A stretch of DNA of 64,000 bases, from assembly GCA_903859215.1 (NCBI GenBank), contig CAIOLW010000219.1:25522-89521 (forward strand), read 5' to 3'. The position numbers and the translations under genes are program-made. Source of the stretch: an uncultured bacterium (GTDB lineage: Bacteria > Krumholzibacteriota > Krumholzibacteriia > LZORAL124-64-63). The notes under the pieces were generated by a model. The model saw only the letters and a list, made by a program, of their open reading frames with translations, was not told the DNA's origin and searched no databases. Positions within the stretch are counted from its first letter, which is position 1. Every line of letters starts with the position of its first letter. Below are positions 1 to 11,200 of the stretch, piece by piece.

Positions 1-1224
1 CGCCGCGCGCGCGAGCCCGAGGGTGACCTGGCAGAATCCGATTTCGTAGACTTCGCCGCACTTGGTGCACACGGCCAGCGAAGCCTGGCTGGCGGCGATG
101 GCGTCGTCCAGGTGTCCCTGCGCGAGAAAGGCCTCGCCCATGCGTCGCTGGAGTTCACCCTCGAGGTCATTGCCGGCGGCGATGGTGCGCGATTTCTCGA
201 GGCCGGATCGGTAATTGAACAGAGCCGTCTGGGGCTCGCCTCGGCTGAGCAGGACGTCGCCCAGGTATTCGTCGGCGATCGTCGCCTCGCGCAGGAAGTT
301 CTGCTGTTCCGCCAGGGTCTGGCCTTCGACCAGCAGTTCCTCGGCCCGGGCCAGTCGACCGCTGAGTGTCTCGAGCCGCCCCAGGGCCAGGCTGAGCCGG
401 CACTGCTGCGCGCGATCGCCCAGGCTGACGGCCAGGCGGTAACCTTTCTCGAGCACGGCCCTGGATTCGCCCAGCCGGTCGGTCTTCTGCAGGACGATGC
501 CCTGGTTCAGGAACAGCATCGGCATCAGGTGGCTGGCGCCGATGCGCTGCGCCAGATCGAGCGCCTTCTCGAGGCGGCCCAGGGCGCGGGACCAGCGGCA
601 GCGCACGTTGTCCAGCAGCGCGAGGTTGTTCAGCAGGTTGGCGACGCCGAGGTCGTGCCCGATGCGGCGGAACGTGGCGAGGCCGTCGTTGAACAACTCG
701 TCGGCCTTCTCCAGCCGGCCGAGCCGCAGGTGGCAGATGCCCATGACCACCTGGACGCGCGCGACATCGGCGTGTTCATCGGTCAATGCCAGCACGGCGA
801 AGGCCCGCTTCGCCAGGTTGAGCGCATCGTTGAGCCGCCCGCGTTCGCGCAGGATGATGGCGCGGCGGATCTGGAATGATGCCGACAGGGTTGTCGCTTC
901 ATCCTGGCCCGCCAGAGCCGTGGTGCGCGCCAACAGGAGGTCCGCCACGTCAAGGAGGACGTCCGCCTCGCGAAGCTGTCCGACCAGAAGAAGCGCGTCC
1001 ACTGACTTGCGAAGGATGGAAATGGCGCGGTCGCGCGGCAGCATCTCCAGGACGGACGGCTCAGTCAGCTGGGAGAAATAGTCCAGAGCGGTCGCGTAGG
1101 CAGACGCGTGGAAATGCAGATCACCGATTTCTTCCAGACGCACCCAGTCGGACGCTGCCACCGGCCGCGACCAACGCGAACCTGCAGCGTCCCGACCAGC
1201 GGGTTCCTGGAAATGGTCCTTCAT
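1..1224 (-). CDS. Tetratricopeptide-repeat protein (partial; 3' end runs off window start)
   Basis: Reverse-strand translation from ATG at 1224 (MKDHFQEPAG...) reads a long A/L/E-rich TPR-like protein (…GEAFLAQGHLDDAIAASQASLAVC…) continuing past position 1. Absent from ORF track because no stop in window. GAGGG RBS-like motif upstream. Confidence 0.6.
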   Translation of the reverse strand, partial: MKDHFQEPAGRDAAGSRWSRPVAASDWVRLEEIGDLHFHASAYATALDYFSQLTEPSVLEMLPRDRAISILRKSVDALLLVGQLREADVLLDVADLLLARTTALAGQDEATTLSASFQIRRAIILRERGRLNDALNLAKRAFAVLALTDEHADVARVQVVMGICHLRLGRLEKADELFNDGLATFRRIGHDLGVANLLNNLALLDNVRCRWSRALGRLEKALDLAQRIGASHLMPMLFLNQGIVLQKTDRLGESRAVLEKGYRLAVSLGDRAQQCRLSLALGRLETLSGRLARAEELLVEGQTLAEQQNFLREATIADEYLGDVLLSRGEPQTALFNYRSGLEKSRTIAAGNDLEGELQRRMGEAFLAQGHLDDAIAASQASLAVCTKCGEVYEIGFCQVTLGLARAA

Positions 1225-1317
1225 CAACCGCATCCCTCGGCGAGGAAGTGGATTCGGTTTCGCTTCCCTGGTTGTCTTCTGCGTCTCCGCGCCGGCAGGG
1301 CACTCCGCGGGGAGTGC

Positions 1318-1641
1318 CTAGCCCGCCGCCTGCACCAGCCGGAGCAGCTGGAGGATCAACTCCACCACCGCATCCGCACCGCTGGCCTGGGCACCTATGC
1401 CCGGTCTCACCACAGGGTCGGCTCCCAGCCCGTCACCAGCGCCGCCCGGGTCGCCCTGCTCCCCGTTGCCGCCAGCCGTCGTGCCGGCCGTACCGGCCGT
1501 CGTCGTGTTGCCTACGACGGCGCCGGAATTCCCTGACTGTTCACCGGAGATCTGGACCGCGTGGGCGGCGGGGGGCAGTGCGGAAACAGCGACCAGTCCG
1601 ATCGCCACCAGAAGAATCAGAATCGTGCTGATTCGTTTCAT
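1318..1641 (-). CDS. Small secreted Gly/Thr/Ala-rich hypothetical protein (signal peptide)
   Basis: Internal ATG at 1641 (MKRISTILILLVAIGLVAVSALPPAAHA...) with GGAAG RBS 6 nt upstream. Low-complexity G/T/A-rich middle and amphipathic C-terminus. Immediately downstream of the NtrC-type regulator. Confidence 0.45.
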   Translation of the reverse strand: MKRISTILILLVAIGLVAVSALPPAAHAVQISGEQSGNSGAVVGNTTTAGTAGTTAGGNGEQGDPGGAGDGLGADPVVRPGIGAQASGADAVVELILQLLRLVQAAG

Positions 1642-1769
1642 GTTCTTCCCACCTGCAACAGGACACCCCGTCTTGAGCAAACGCGGAAACCGGTACCCCC
1701 CGGAACCCCGCGCTGCCGTGACATGATTGTTACGGAAAACCACCCCTGGTGTCAATCGAGGTTGACAGG

Positions 1770-3128
<1,359 letters not shown>

Positions 3129-3283
3129 TGCAGCTCCTTCGCGACCGGCAGGGAAACGCTTGCGGCCGCGCGGCGGGTGACGGAGATTGTCCGGCGTTCG
3201 GTTCGATCAGGCGGACACCTTGCTACGTCGACCGAACCGCTGTCAAGGCATGGGCCCCCGGGCCCGGAGCGGATGGGCGACCT

Positions 3284-4339
3284 GTGGCCAAACCCCTGTT
3301 GCGATCCCTGGTTCCCGGGGAGCTCGGCCCCCTGGTCACCGAACTGGGTGGCGAAGCCTATCGTGCGCGGCAGTTGGCCGGCTGGCTGCACGAGCACGAC
3401 GCGCTCGCGTGGGACGAGCTGCGCAATATCCCCCGGCCGCTGCGCGACGCGCTGGCCGGGCGCTACGACCTCCAGGGCCTGGCCCCGCTGGAGCGCCAGG
3501 TCTCGACCGACGGCACGCGCAAGTTCCTCTTCAGCTTGCGTGACGGACAGACGGTCGAGAGCGTCATCATCCCCATGGAGAACCACGCCACCTTCTGCCT
3601 GTCGACCCAGGTCGGCTGCGCGATGGCCTGCCGTTTCTGCGCCACGGCGCGCGGCGGGCTGGTGCGCAACCTGGAAGCCGGCGAGATCCTCGAGCAGATC
3701 ACTCACCTGCGGCGCGACCTCGCAGCCGATCCGGTGCCGGGCCACGGCGAGCGCCAGTTCAACGCCGTGTTCATGGGCATGGGCGAACCGCTGGACAACT
3801 GGGCCGCCCTGCCGGCGGCGCTGCACACGATGCTCGCCGAGGACGGCCTGGCCATGTCGAAGCGACGCGTGCAGGTGTCGACGAGCGGGCCCGGTGACGG
3901 CCTGCGGCGGCTCCTCGCCCTGGCGCCCGGCGTCGGCCTGACGCTGAGCCTCGGCGGCACCACCGACGAGGAACGCCGGAAGCTGATGCCTGTGCCGGGC
4001 CGCACGCCGCTGGCGGAAGTGATCGACCTCGGGGCACGGTACGCGCGCCAGTCGGGACGGCGGACCACCATCGCGTGGGTCCTCATCGCCGGGCAAACGG
4101 ACCAGGCCGAGCAGGCACGCCGGCTGGCGAAGCTTGCAGGCTCGGGCCCGTTCAAGGTGAACCTGATCCCGCTCAATGCGCTCGATGACGATGCGCAGGA
4201 ACCGCCGACACCGTCGACCGTGCTTGCCTTCCAGGACATCCTTACGCGCGCCGGCATCGACAACACGATCCGCCTGAGCGGCGGGCGCGACATTGCGGCC
4301 GCCTGCGGGCAGTTGCGTCGCCGCCGGCTGACGGGCTGA
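3284..4339 (+). CDS. rlmN: 23S rRNA/tRNA (adenine-C2)-methyltransferase RlmN (radical SAM)
   Basis: CAMACRFCAT CxxxCxxC radical-SAM motif, overall RlmN/Cfr architecture, C-terminal conserved Cys. GTG start. Confidence 0.85.
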   Translation: MAKPLLRSLVPGELGPLVTELGGEAYRARQLAGWLHEHDALAWDELRNIPRPLRDALAGRYDLQGLAPLERQVSTDGTRKFLFSLRDGQTVESVIIPMENHATFCLSTQVGCAMACRFCATARGGLVRNLEAGEILEQITHLRRDLAADPVPGHGERQFNAVFMGMGEPLDNWAALPAALHTMLAEDGLAMSKRRVQVSTSGPGDGLRRLLALAPGVGLTLSLGGTTDEERRKLMPVPGRTPLAEVIDLGARYARQSGRRTTIAWVLIAGQTDQAEQARRLAKLAGSGPFKVNLIPLNALDDDAQEPPTPSTVLAFQDILTRAGIDNTIRLSGGRDIAAACGQLRRRRLTG

Positions 4340-4452
4340 GCGGGCAGGGTGTGATGCCCGGAAAAATGAAGAGCCCGACGGTCATGGCCGCCGGGCTCGT
4401 TCCATCCTACGGAAAGCGGATCGCAGACCTGCGCGTCGGGCCTTCCGGGATC

Positions 4453-4851
4453 CTACATCACGTCCGACAGATGCGTGCGCTCAAGGGCGCCGGTCAGCGC
4501 ATCCTGAGCTTCGCGCCACACCTGGGAGACATTGCAGTTCTCGTGGTTCCGGCAGGGATCAAGCGAGCGCAGGCAGTGGTTGAGCACGATGCCACCCTCG
4601 CAAACCTCCACCACTTCGCGCAGCGTGATCTCGCTGGCAGGGCGCCCGAGGCTGAAGCCGCCCTTGACGCCCCGGTGGGACTTCACGATTCCCGACTGGG
4701 CCAGCATCTGGAAGATCTTGGCCAGAAAGGCTTCAGACACTTCGCAAGCCCCCGCGATCGACTTCAGCTGTACAGGCGCGTCGGTATCACGGCGAGCAAG
4801 CTCCTGAAGTCCTTTGATGGCGTATTCGGTCTGCCGCGTGATCTGGAGCAT
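4453..4851 (-). CDS. Rrf2-family transcriptional regulator (IscR/NsrR-like, three conserved Cys)
   Basis: MLQITRQTEYAIKGLQELA wHTH N-terminus. CLRSLDPCRNHENC cysteine triad typical of Fe-S-binding Rrf2 proteins. AGAGG RBS before internal ATG at 4851. Confidence 0.8.
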   Translation of the reverse strand: MLQITRQTEYAIKGLQELARRDTDAPVQLKSIAGACEVSEAFLAKIFQMLAQSGIVKSHRGVKGGFSLGRPASEITLREVVEVCEGGIVLNHCLRSLDPCRNHENCNVSQVWREAQDALTGALERTHLSDVM

Positions 4852-4926
4852 CGTCGAACCTCTCAACAGTTGCGCATGGGGTGACCCAAGACTCTGCTGC
4901 AAAGGAGATGCATCGAAACCGGATTG

Positions 4927-6144
4927 TCAACCTCGCGCATCACCGCAGCAGCGCAACGCCTTGCGGGCCAACTGGCTGATGTTCAGGCCCGGTGCCTCCG
5001 CCAGGGAAACCCAGCGGCCCGGCCGGCTGGAAATCTCGCCCTGGGCACGGATGTCCCGGTGGGGCCCGGGCGTTTCGGGAAGGGTGACGCCGACTGCCGC
5101 CACGTCGACGAGCAACCGGTACCGCGTGATCGCGTGGCGAAAACGGCCGACGGCGCGGGGCGCGCCGGCGCCCGCGAAACCGGCGGCATCCACCCAGCCC
5201 GCCGGCAAGGCCGCCAGGAGGTCGCAGGCGCTCTTCTCCGGGCGCGGGTACCAGGCAGTCGTCGGGAGCGTCAGCAGCCCCTGGTGCAGCTTCCCGAGCG
5301 CCTCACGGGCCGGGGCAACCCCCACGTCGCAACGGATGAGGGGGCCGCCCGGTGGCTCAAGCCAGACCCGGCCCTCCGCCAGGAACGCGACCAGGAGAGC
5401 CTGCACGGGCAGCGCGGCGGGCCTAGCCTCGGGCACGGCAACGCTGTCGGCAATACCCAGACGGCGGGCGCCGCAGTAGGCGCCGACCGGGCAGTCCTCG
5501 CAGCGGGGGCCGCGGGGCTGGCAGACCAAGGCGCCCAGTTCCATCAGGGCCTCGTTCCAGGCGCCGGGGCGGTCGCCCCGGACCAGACAACCCGCGAGGT
5601 CGGCCACCTGCCTGTCCGACCCGGCGCCGGGCTGGCAGGCGGCGCCCAGCCAGCGCCCCAGCACGCGCCTGACATTGGCGTCGACCGCGGCCGCGGGCAG
5701 CCCCAGCCCCAGGCTCGCGATGGCGCCGGCGGCATAGGGACCGATGCCCGGCAACGCCCGCCAGCCCTCCGTGTCGTCCGGGAAGGCGCCACCGTGCTCC
5801 GCGACCACCTGCCGCGCTGCGGCATGGAGCTGCCGCGCCCGTCGGTAGTAGCCCAGCCCGGACCAGTGTGCCAGGACCTCAGCCTCGGGTGCGGCGGCCA
5901 GGGCGTACACATCGGGAAAGCGCGCCAGGAACCGCTCCCAGTACGGCACGACGGTCGCGACGGTCGTCTGCTGGAGCATCATCTCGCTGATCCACGTCCC
6001 GTACAGGCTGCGCCGGCGCCGCCACGGCAGGTCGCGCTGGCGGGCGTCGAACCAGGCCAGCAGGACCCCGCGAAGGCCGGCGCGCACGGCGTCATCCGTG
6101 AAATCCACCGGGCTTGCGGTCACGCGGGGCTCCCCTCGGTTCAT
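4927..6144 (-). CDS. mutY: A/G-specific adenine DNA glycosylase MutY
   Basis: LPWRR…SEMMLQQTTVATVVPYWERFLARFP HhH-GPD motif. CQPRGPRCEDCPVGAYC 4Fe-4S loop. C-terminal NUDIX-like domain. Start taken at MNRGEPRV by alignment with MutY N-termini. Confidence 0.85.
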   Translation of the reverse strand: MNRGEPRVTASPVDFTDDAVRAGLRGVLLAWFDARQRDLPWRRRRSLYGTWISEMMLQQTTVATVVPYWERFLARFPDVYALAAAPEAEVLAHWSGLGYYRRARQLHAAARQVVAEHGGAFPDDTEGWRALPGIGPYAAGAIASLGLGLPAAAVDANVRRVLGRWLGAACQPGAGSDRQVADLAGCLVRGDRPGAWNEALMELGALVCQPRGPRCEDCPVGAYCGARRLGIADSVAVPEARPAALPVQALLVAFLAEGRVWLEPPGGPLIRCDVGVAPAREALGKLHQGLLTLPTTAWYPRPEKSACDLLAALPAGWVDAAGFAGAGAPRAVGRFRHAITRYRLLVDVAAVGVTLPETPGPHRDIRAQGEISSRPGRWVSLAEAPGLNISQLARKALRCCGDARG

Positions 6145-6288
6145 ACCGTCCCGCCGGCAACCGGCGTTGACAAGGTCCTCGCAAGAGGGGAGGATATTGG
6201 CATCATCCTCCTGAGGGCGCAACGCGCGCCCCGATCCCGACCGGCCGGCGCCCACCGGCACCCATCAACCGGCCCCAGGGAGACCATC

Positions 6289-8100
6289 ATGCCTGTCCGT
6301 ACCATCCCGGAGATGCTGCTCGAAGCCGCGCGCGAACGGCCGCGGCCCGACTGCCTGGCCTACCGGCAGGACGACGGGCCGTACGTGTCACTGTCGAGCG
6401 CGACGGTCCTGGAGCGGGCGCGGGACCTCGGCTTCGGGCTGCGGAACCTGGGTGTCCAGCCCGGGGACAGGGTCGCGATCCTGAGCGAGAACCGCCACGA
6501 ATGGGCGCTGGCCGACCTCGCGGCGCTCGGCTGCGGCGCCGTGACGGTGCCGATCTACTCCACGCTGCTGGCTCCCGCCATCGAGTACATCCTGGCGGAC
6601 TGCGGGCCGGTCGCCCTGTTCGTGTCGTCGCCGGAACAGGCGGCGAAGGTCGACGCCATCCGCGGGAACCTGCCGTCGCTCCGGCACATCATCACGTTCG
6701 AGCAGACGGACCTGGCCGGCGCCGTCCTGATCGGGCAGGTCGAGGCGGCCGGGCGCGACGCGGCCGGCGGCAGGCCCGCCGACGACCCCGCCTGGTGGAC
6801 GGGCGGCGACCCGCACGGCGTGTGCAGCATCATCTACACATCGGGGACGACCGGCAACCCGAAGGGCGTGGTGCTGACGCACGACAACTTCGTGACGAAC
6901 ATCATCAACGTCACGAAGGTCGTCGACTTCGGGCCGCAGGACGTGTGCCTGAGTTTCCTGCCGCTGAGCCACGTGCTCGAGCGCATGGCCGGCTACTATT
7001 CGATGCTCTATCGCGGGGTCGGCATCTACTACGCGCGCCGGTTCGACACGATCGCCGAAGACCTCGCGCTGGCGCACCCGACGCTGATGATCAGCGTGCC
7101 GCGGCTCTACGAGAAGATCCACGCCAACGCAGCCAACCTGGCGGCGACAGCCGGATTCCCGAAGCGGCAGATCTTCTTCTGGGCGCGGCGCGTGGCGATC
7201 CGCTGGGCCGAGGCCCGCGTCGACGGGCCGCCCGCCGACTGGCGGTTGAAGCTGGCGCATCGCGTGGCCGACCGGCTGGTCTTCGGCAAGCTGCGGGCGC
7301 GACTGGGCGGGCGCGTGCGCATCATGGTGTCGGGCGGCGCGCCGTTGAATCCCCGCATCATCAAGTTCTTCAACGGGGCGGGCGCGCTCATCCTTGAGGG
7401 CTACGGGTTGACCGAGACCTCCCCCGTGCTGACCTGCAACATCGAGAACGGCATCCGCTTCGGAAGCGTCGGCCGCGTGATCCCCGACACTGAGGTCCGC
7501 ATCGCCGCCGACGGCGAGATCCTCTGCCGCGGCCCGCAGGTCATGCGCGGATACTATGGCGACGACGGCGCCACCGCCGAGGTGCTGGGCAGCGACGGCT
7601 GGTTCGCGACCGGGGACATCGGCCACCTGGATGCCGACGGGTACCTGTTCATCACCGACCGCAAGAAGGAACTGATCGTGACGGCCGGCGGCAAGAACAT
7701 CGCGCCGCAGCCGCTCGAGAACGCGCTGGTGGCGGACAAGTACATCGCGCAGGCGGTCGTGATCGGCGATCGACGGCCCTACCTGTCGGTGCTGATCGTT
7801 CCGGATTACGCCAACCTGCAGCGCTATGCGGAGGCGCGCAGCCTGGGTGTTTCCACACCGGCGGAACTGGCGGCCCACCCGCGCGTGCAGCGGCTCTTCC
7901 AGCGGATCGTCGACAGCGCCAACGCCGAGCACCCCGGATTCGGCCAGATCAAGAAGTTCGCCCTGGTGCCGCGGGAATTCACGCTCGCCGACAACGAACT
8001 GACGCCGACGCTGAAGATCAAGCGGTTCGAGATCGCGCGCCTCTGGAAGTCGACCATCGACGCGATGTACCCGGCCGACGACCACGGGGTCAACGACTGA
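6289..8100 (+). CDS. Long-chain-fatty-acid--CoA ligase (AMP-dependent synthetase/ligase)
   Basis: IYTSGTTGNPKGVVLTHDNFV AMP-binding motif, GYGLTETSPV and FATGDIG motifs. True start ATG 6289 (MPVRTIPEMLL) inside a longer track ORF. Confidence 0.85.
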   Translation: MPVRTIPEMLLEAARERPRPDCLAYRQDDGPYVSLSSATVLERARDLGFGLRNLGVQPGDRVAILSENRHEWALADLAALGCGAVTVPIYSTLLAPAIEYILADCGPVALFVSSPEQAAKVDAIRGNLPSLRHIITFEQTDLAGAVLIGQVEAAGRDAAGGRPADDPAWWTGGDPHGVCSIIYTSGTTGNPKGVVLTHDNFVTNIINVTKVVDFGPQDVCLSFLPLSHVLERMAGYYSMLYRGVGIYYARRFDTIAEDLALAHPTLMISVPRLYEKIHANAANLAATAGFPKRQIFFWARRVAIRWAEARVDGPPADWRLKLAHRVADRLVFGKLRARLGGRVRIMVSGGAPLNPRIIKFFNGAGALILEGYGLTETSPVLTCNIENGIRFGSVGRVIPDTEVRIAADGEILCRGPQVMRGYYGDDGATAEVLGSDGWFATGDIGHLDADGYLFITDRKKELIVTAGGKNIAPQPLENALVADKYIAQAVVIGDRRPYLSVLIVPDYANLQRYAEARSLGVSTPAELAAHPRVQRLFQRIVDSANAEHPGFGQIKKFALVPREFTLADNELTPTLKIKRFEIARLWKSTIDAMYPADDHGVND

Positions 8101-8121
8101 CCGGTGCCGAATGCGATGGGC

Positions 8122-9471
8122 TCAGCGGCGCTGCGCCCGGTCGCCGAGCGCGACGGTGAAGCGCATGTCGCGGCCGTCGCGCAGGATGGCGATCTCGACG
8201 AGGTCGCCGGGACCGTAGGCGCGCAGGGCCGTCGTGAACGTCGCCAGGTCGGTGACGTCGTAGTCGCCGAAGCGCACCAGGACATCCCCCTTCTGCAAGC
8301 CCACCGCGGCCGCCGGGCTGCCGTCGAACACGGCGGCCAGGCGGTATCCCGCCTGCCCCTCGGTAAAATCGGGCATCGTCCCCAGCCACGTCTGGCGGTT
8401 GCCCGGCTTGTCGGTGGCCGCCGTCCCGCCCTCGGCCTGGTCGCGCAGGTCGCCGCCTCCGACCATGTGCCAGGCGAATCGCCCGGGCACGGTGCGCAGG
8501 TGCCCGACGAGCGCGTCGGTGAACGCCGTGATGCGGGCCATCGCTGCGTAGTCGAGCGCCGCGGCGGTGTCGGCCGGGCGGTTGTACTCGGGATAGGGAC
8601 CGCCGAAGAGGAACAGCACCGGCACTTCGCGGGTGTTGAAGACCATGTGGTCGCTGCCGGACCAGCCGCCGCGCGACGGATTCACGGGGATGCCGACGGC
8701 GACCGCAGCGGCGTTGACGGCGGCCTCGAGCGGGTCGGCGGTGGCCAGGCCGCTGACGATGAGGCGCCCGTCGGACAGGTGGCCGACGGTGTCGAGGTTG
8801 ACCATGGCGTCGAGGCTGTCGAGCGCAATGCACGGGTGCTTGACGAACCAGGCGGCGCCCTGCAGGCCGGATTCCTCGCCGTCGGTGTTCAGCACGAGCA
8901 CCGAGCGGCGGGAAGCTTCGCCCGCGCCCACGCGCAGGCGGCGAGCGGTTTCGTGGACCACCGCGACGCCGGAAGCATTGTCATTGGCGCCGGGGTAGTA
9001 GTCGCCGGGCCCCGGAACCGTGGCCGACGGCGACGGCGGGGCGACCGTGCCGAGATGATCGAGGTGCGCCGCCACGACGAGCCACCGCCCGGCAAGCGCG
9101 CCCGCGCCCGGGGCCACCGCGGCCACGTTGCGTCCGGTGAGCCCGGACAGGTCGTCGCCGGTCCAGCCCTTGCCCGTGAGCGGGAACTCCTGCGTGTAGG
9201 CATCGCCGAAGGCGGGCTGCAGGCCGGCGGCGGCGAACCACGACACCAGCGTATCGGTGGCCGCGTGCCCGCCCGGCGAGCCCGCCGCGCGCCCGGCCAG
9301 GGCCGGGGCCGTCAGCGCCTCGACGCGATGCTGCAAGGCGAGGGCGAGCGCCGCTTCGGGTTCCGCAGCCGATGCTGCCGGCACGGGGATCCGCCCCGCG
9401 CAGAATGCCAGCGCCAGCCCTGTGGCAACACGCTTGCATGTGTTGCGATTCCGGTTCGCGGCCATCCTCAT
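8122..9471 (-). CDS. M28-family zinc aminopeptidase with C-terminal PDZ domain, signal peptide
   Basis: HLDHLG…NDNASGVAVVHETARRL…DGEESGLQGA M28 metal-ligand motifs. C-terminal GYRLAAVFDGSPAAAVGLQKGDVLVRF PDZ-like segment. Confidence 0.75.
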   Translation of the reverse strand: MRMAANRNRNTCKRVATGLALAFCAGRIPVPAASAAEPEAALALALQHRVEALTAPALAGRAAGSPGGHAATDTLVSWFAAAGLQPAFGDAYTQEFPLTGKGWTGDDLSGLTGRNVAAVAPGAGALAGRWLVVAAHLDHLGTVAPPSPSATVPGPGDYYPGANDNASGVAVVHETARRLRVGAGEASRRSVLVLNTDGEESGLQGAAWFVKHPCIALDSLDAMVNLDTVGHLSDGRLIVSGLATADPLEAAVNAAAVAVGIPVNPSRGGWSGSDHMVFNTREVPVLFLFGGPYPEYNRPADTAAALDYAAMARITAFTDALVGHLRTVPGRFAWHMVGGGDLRDQAEGGTAATDKPGNRQTWLGTMPDFTEGQAGYRLAAVFDGSPAAAVGLQKGDVLVRFGDYDVTDLATFTTALRAYGPGDLVEIAILRDGRDMRFTVALGDRAQRR

Positions 9472-10166
9472 CCACCTTCCCGGGCGCCGAGCAGCGCCGT
9501 CCAGGTCACCCGCGTACCGGCGTGCCGGGCGAACAGTTCCCCCACGAGGTCGACATGGGCGGACATGGTAGTCGCACTGGTGCCGGCTGTCGCCATGACG
9601 ACGGCCAGGAGCGATTGCGTGGTTGCGTCGGTGCTCGTGCGCAGCGAGTCGCTGGTGGGCGACCCGAACGGGCCCTTGTCGTCGTAGAGAGCCAGGCGAT
9701 CGCCGACGTGCACCTCGTCCTTGCGGATGCCGACGTACCCGTCGCCGGGATCGCCGGCGCGCAACCGGACATCACCCCGCACCCGGGACAGGTCGTAGAG
9801 GCCGATCGGCAGCAGGAAGCTGAGCGACGCGAGGTTGCAGGCATCGACCACGTTGCCCAGGCGGTAGAGTCCCTTGCCCTGCAGGACGCGGCGCAGCAGG
9901 GCTTCGCTGCTCGGGCGGTGGCGCGAGGGGTCCATGCCGAAAGACTTGTAGAGAACACGGGCCTCGCGCAGGCCCGGCACCGCCGAAGGCTCACAACCGG
10001 CGTAACGTTTGCACAGTTGCGTTTCGAGCGCGGCGATCTCCTGCGCCAGCGGCTCCTCGCCGCCGGGCGAGACACCCTCCAGGACGAGTGCGCCGCAGGA
10101 GAGCCGACCGGCGACGGACTCGTCGAGCACGAGGCTGCGTCCGTCCGGCAGGCGGGCCGCGATCAT
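9468..10166 (-). CDS. B3/B4 tRNA-binding-domain protein (PheT B3/4-like stand-alone)
   Basis: About 230 aa with LYKSFGMDPSRHRPSSEALLRRVLQG…GNVVDACNLASL, resembling B3/4 domain proteins. Start overlaps rfbB stop (ATGA-type coupling). Confidence 0.5.
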   Translation of the reverse strand: MIAARLPDGRSLVLDESVAGRLSCGALVLEGVSPGGEEPLAQEIAALETQLCKRYAGCEPSAVPGLREARVLYKSFGMDPSRHRPSSEALLRRVLQGKGLYRLGNVVDACNLASLSFLLPIGLYDLSRVRGDVRLRAGDPGDGYVGIRKDEVHVGDRLALYDDKGPFGSPTSDSLRTSTDATTQSLLAVVMATAGTSATTMSAHVDLVGELFARHAGTRVTWTALLGAREGG

Positions 10167-11200
10167 CAGGCGTCACCGGCCTCGCCGTGGCGGCCGCCGG
10201 CGCCGTACATCTTCTCGTAGTAGGCGGTGTACTCGCCGCTGCGGATCTTCTCCCACCAGTCGCGGTTGCCCAGGTACCAATCCACGGTACGCGCCAGGCC
10301 GGCCGTGAAATCGACCGTGGGCGCCCACCCCAGTTCGGCGCGGATGTGCGAGGCGTCGATGGCATAGCGGCGATCGTGCCCGGGCCGGTCGGCGACGAAC
10401 GTGATGAGGTCGTCGCTGCGCTGCAGGCGACCGAGGAGCAGCTTCACGAGGTCGAGGTTCCGCTGTTCGTTGCCGCCGCCGATGTTGTAGATGGCCCCGG
10501 GGCGGCCCTGGCGCAGGGCCAGGTCGATGGCCCGGCAATGGTCGCCGACGTACAGCCAGTCGCGCACCTGCAGGCCGTCGCCGTACACCGGCAGCGGCTT
10601 GCCTTCCAGCGCGTTGGCGATCATCAGCGGGATCAGCTTCTCGGGAAACTGGTACGGGCCGTAGTTGTTGCTGCAGCGCGTCACGATGACCGGGAAGCCG
10701 AACGTCTTGAAAAATGCGCGGCACAGCAGGTCGGCCGCGGCCTTGCTGGCTGCGTAGGGCGAGTTGGGCGCAAGCGGGCTCTGCTCGGTGAAAAACCCTT
10801 CGCTGCCGAGCGAGCCGTAGACCTCGTCGGTCGACACCATGACGAAGCGGGCGACGCCGGCCGCCTTGCACTCCTCCAGCAGGATCTCGGTGCCCAGCAC
10901 GTTCGTGGTGATGAAGACCTCGGGGCCCTCGACCGAGCGGTCCACGTGGCTTTCGGCCGCGAAGTGGACCACGGCGTCGATCGCCTCGCTCTTCAGCAGC
11001 GAGCGCACGAGGTCCCGGTCGCGGATGTCACCGCGCACGAAACGGTAGCGCGGATCGTCCTCGCAACCGGCGAGGTTCTCGAGGTTCCCGGCGTAGGTCA
11101 GGAGGTCGAGGTTGACCACGCGGTCACTCGTACCGCCGAGCAGCAACCGGACGTGGTTGGAACCGATGAACCCGGCGCCGCCCGTGACCAGGATATTCAT
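10166..11200 (-). CDS. rfbB: dTDP-glucose 4,6-dehydratase
   Basis: MNILVTGGAGFIGSNHV Rossmann N-terminus, YAASKAAAD catalytic YxxxK, extended SDR fold. Internal ATG at 11200 within a 607-aa track ORF. Confidence 0.85.
   Translation of the reverse strand: MNILVTGGAGFIGSNHVRLLLGGTSDRVVNLDLLTYAGNLENLAGCEDDPRYRFVRGDIRDRDLVRSLLKSEAIDAVVHFAAESHVDRSVEGPEVFITTNVLGTEILLEECKAAGVARFVMVSTDEVYGSLGSEGFFTEQSPLAPNSPYAASKAAADLLCRAFFKTFGFPVIVTRCSNNYGPYQFPEKLIPLMIANALEGKPLPVYGDGLQVRDWLYVGDHCRAIDLALRQGRPGAIYNIGGGNEQRNLDLVKLLLGRLQRSDDLITFVADRPGHDRRYAIDASHIRAELGWAPTVDFTAGLARTVDWYLGNRDWWEKIRSGEYTAYYEKMYGAGGRHGEAGDA

Noticed and set aside
1654-1672. Possible sigma-54 promoter (GG-N10-GC with TTGCA -12 element) upstream of the small secreted gene
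   Set aside because: The -24 element is poor (CGGGGTG). The predicted TSS would fall within or after the RBS, leaving no leader.
4351-4884. 177-aa + ORF
   Set aside because: Antisense to the Rrf2 regulator gene.
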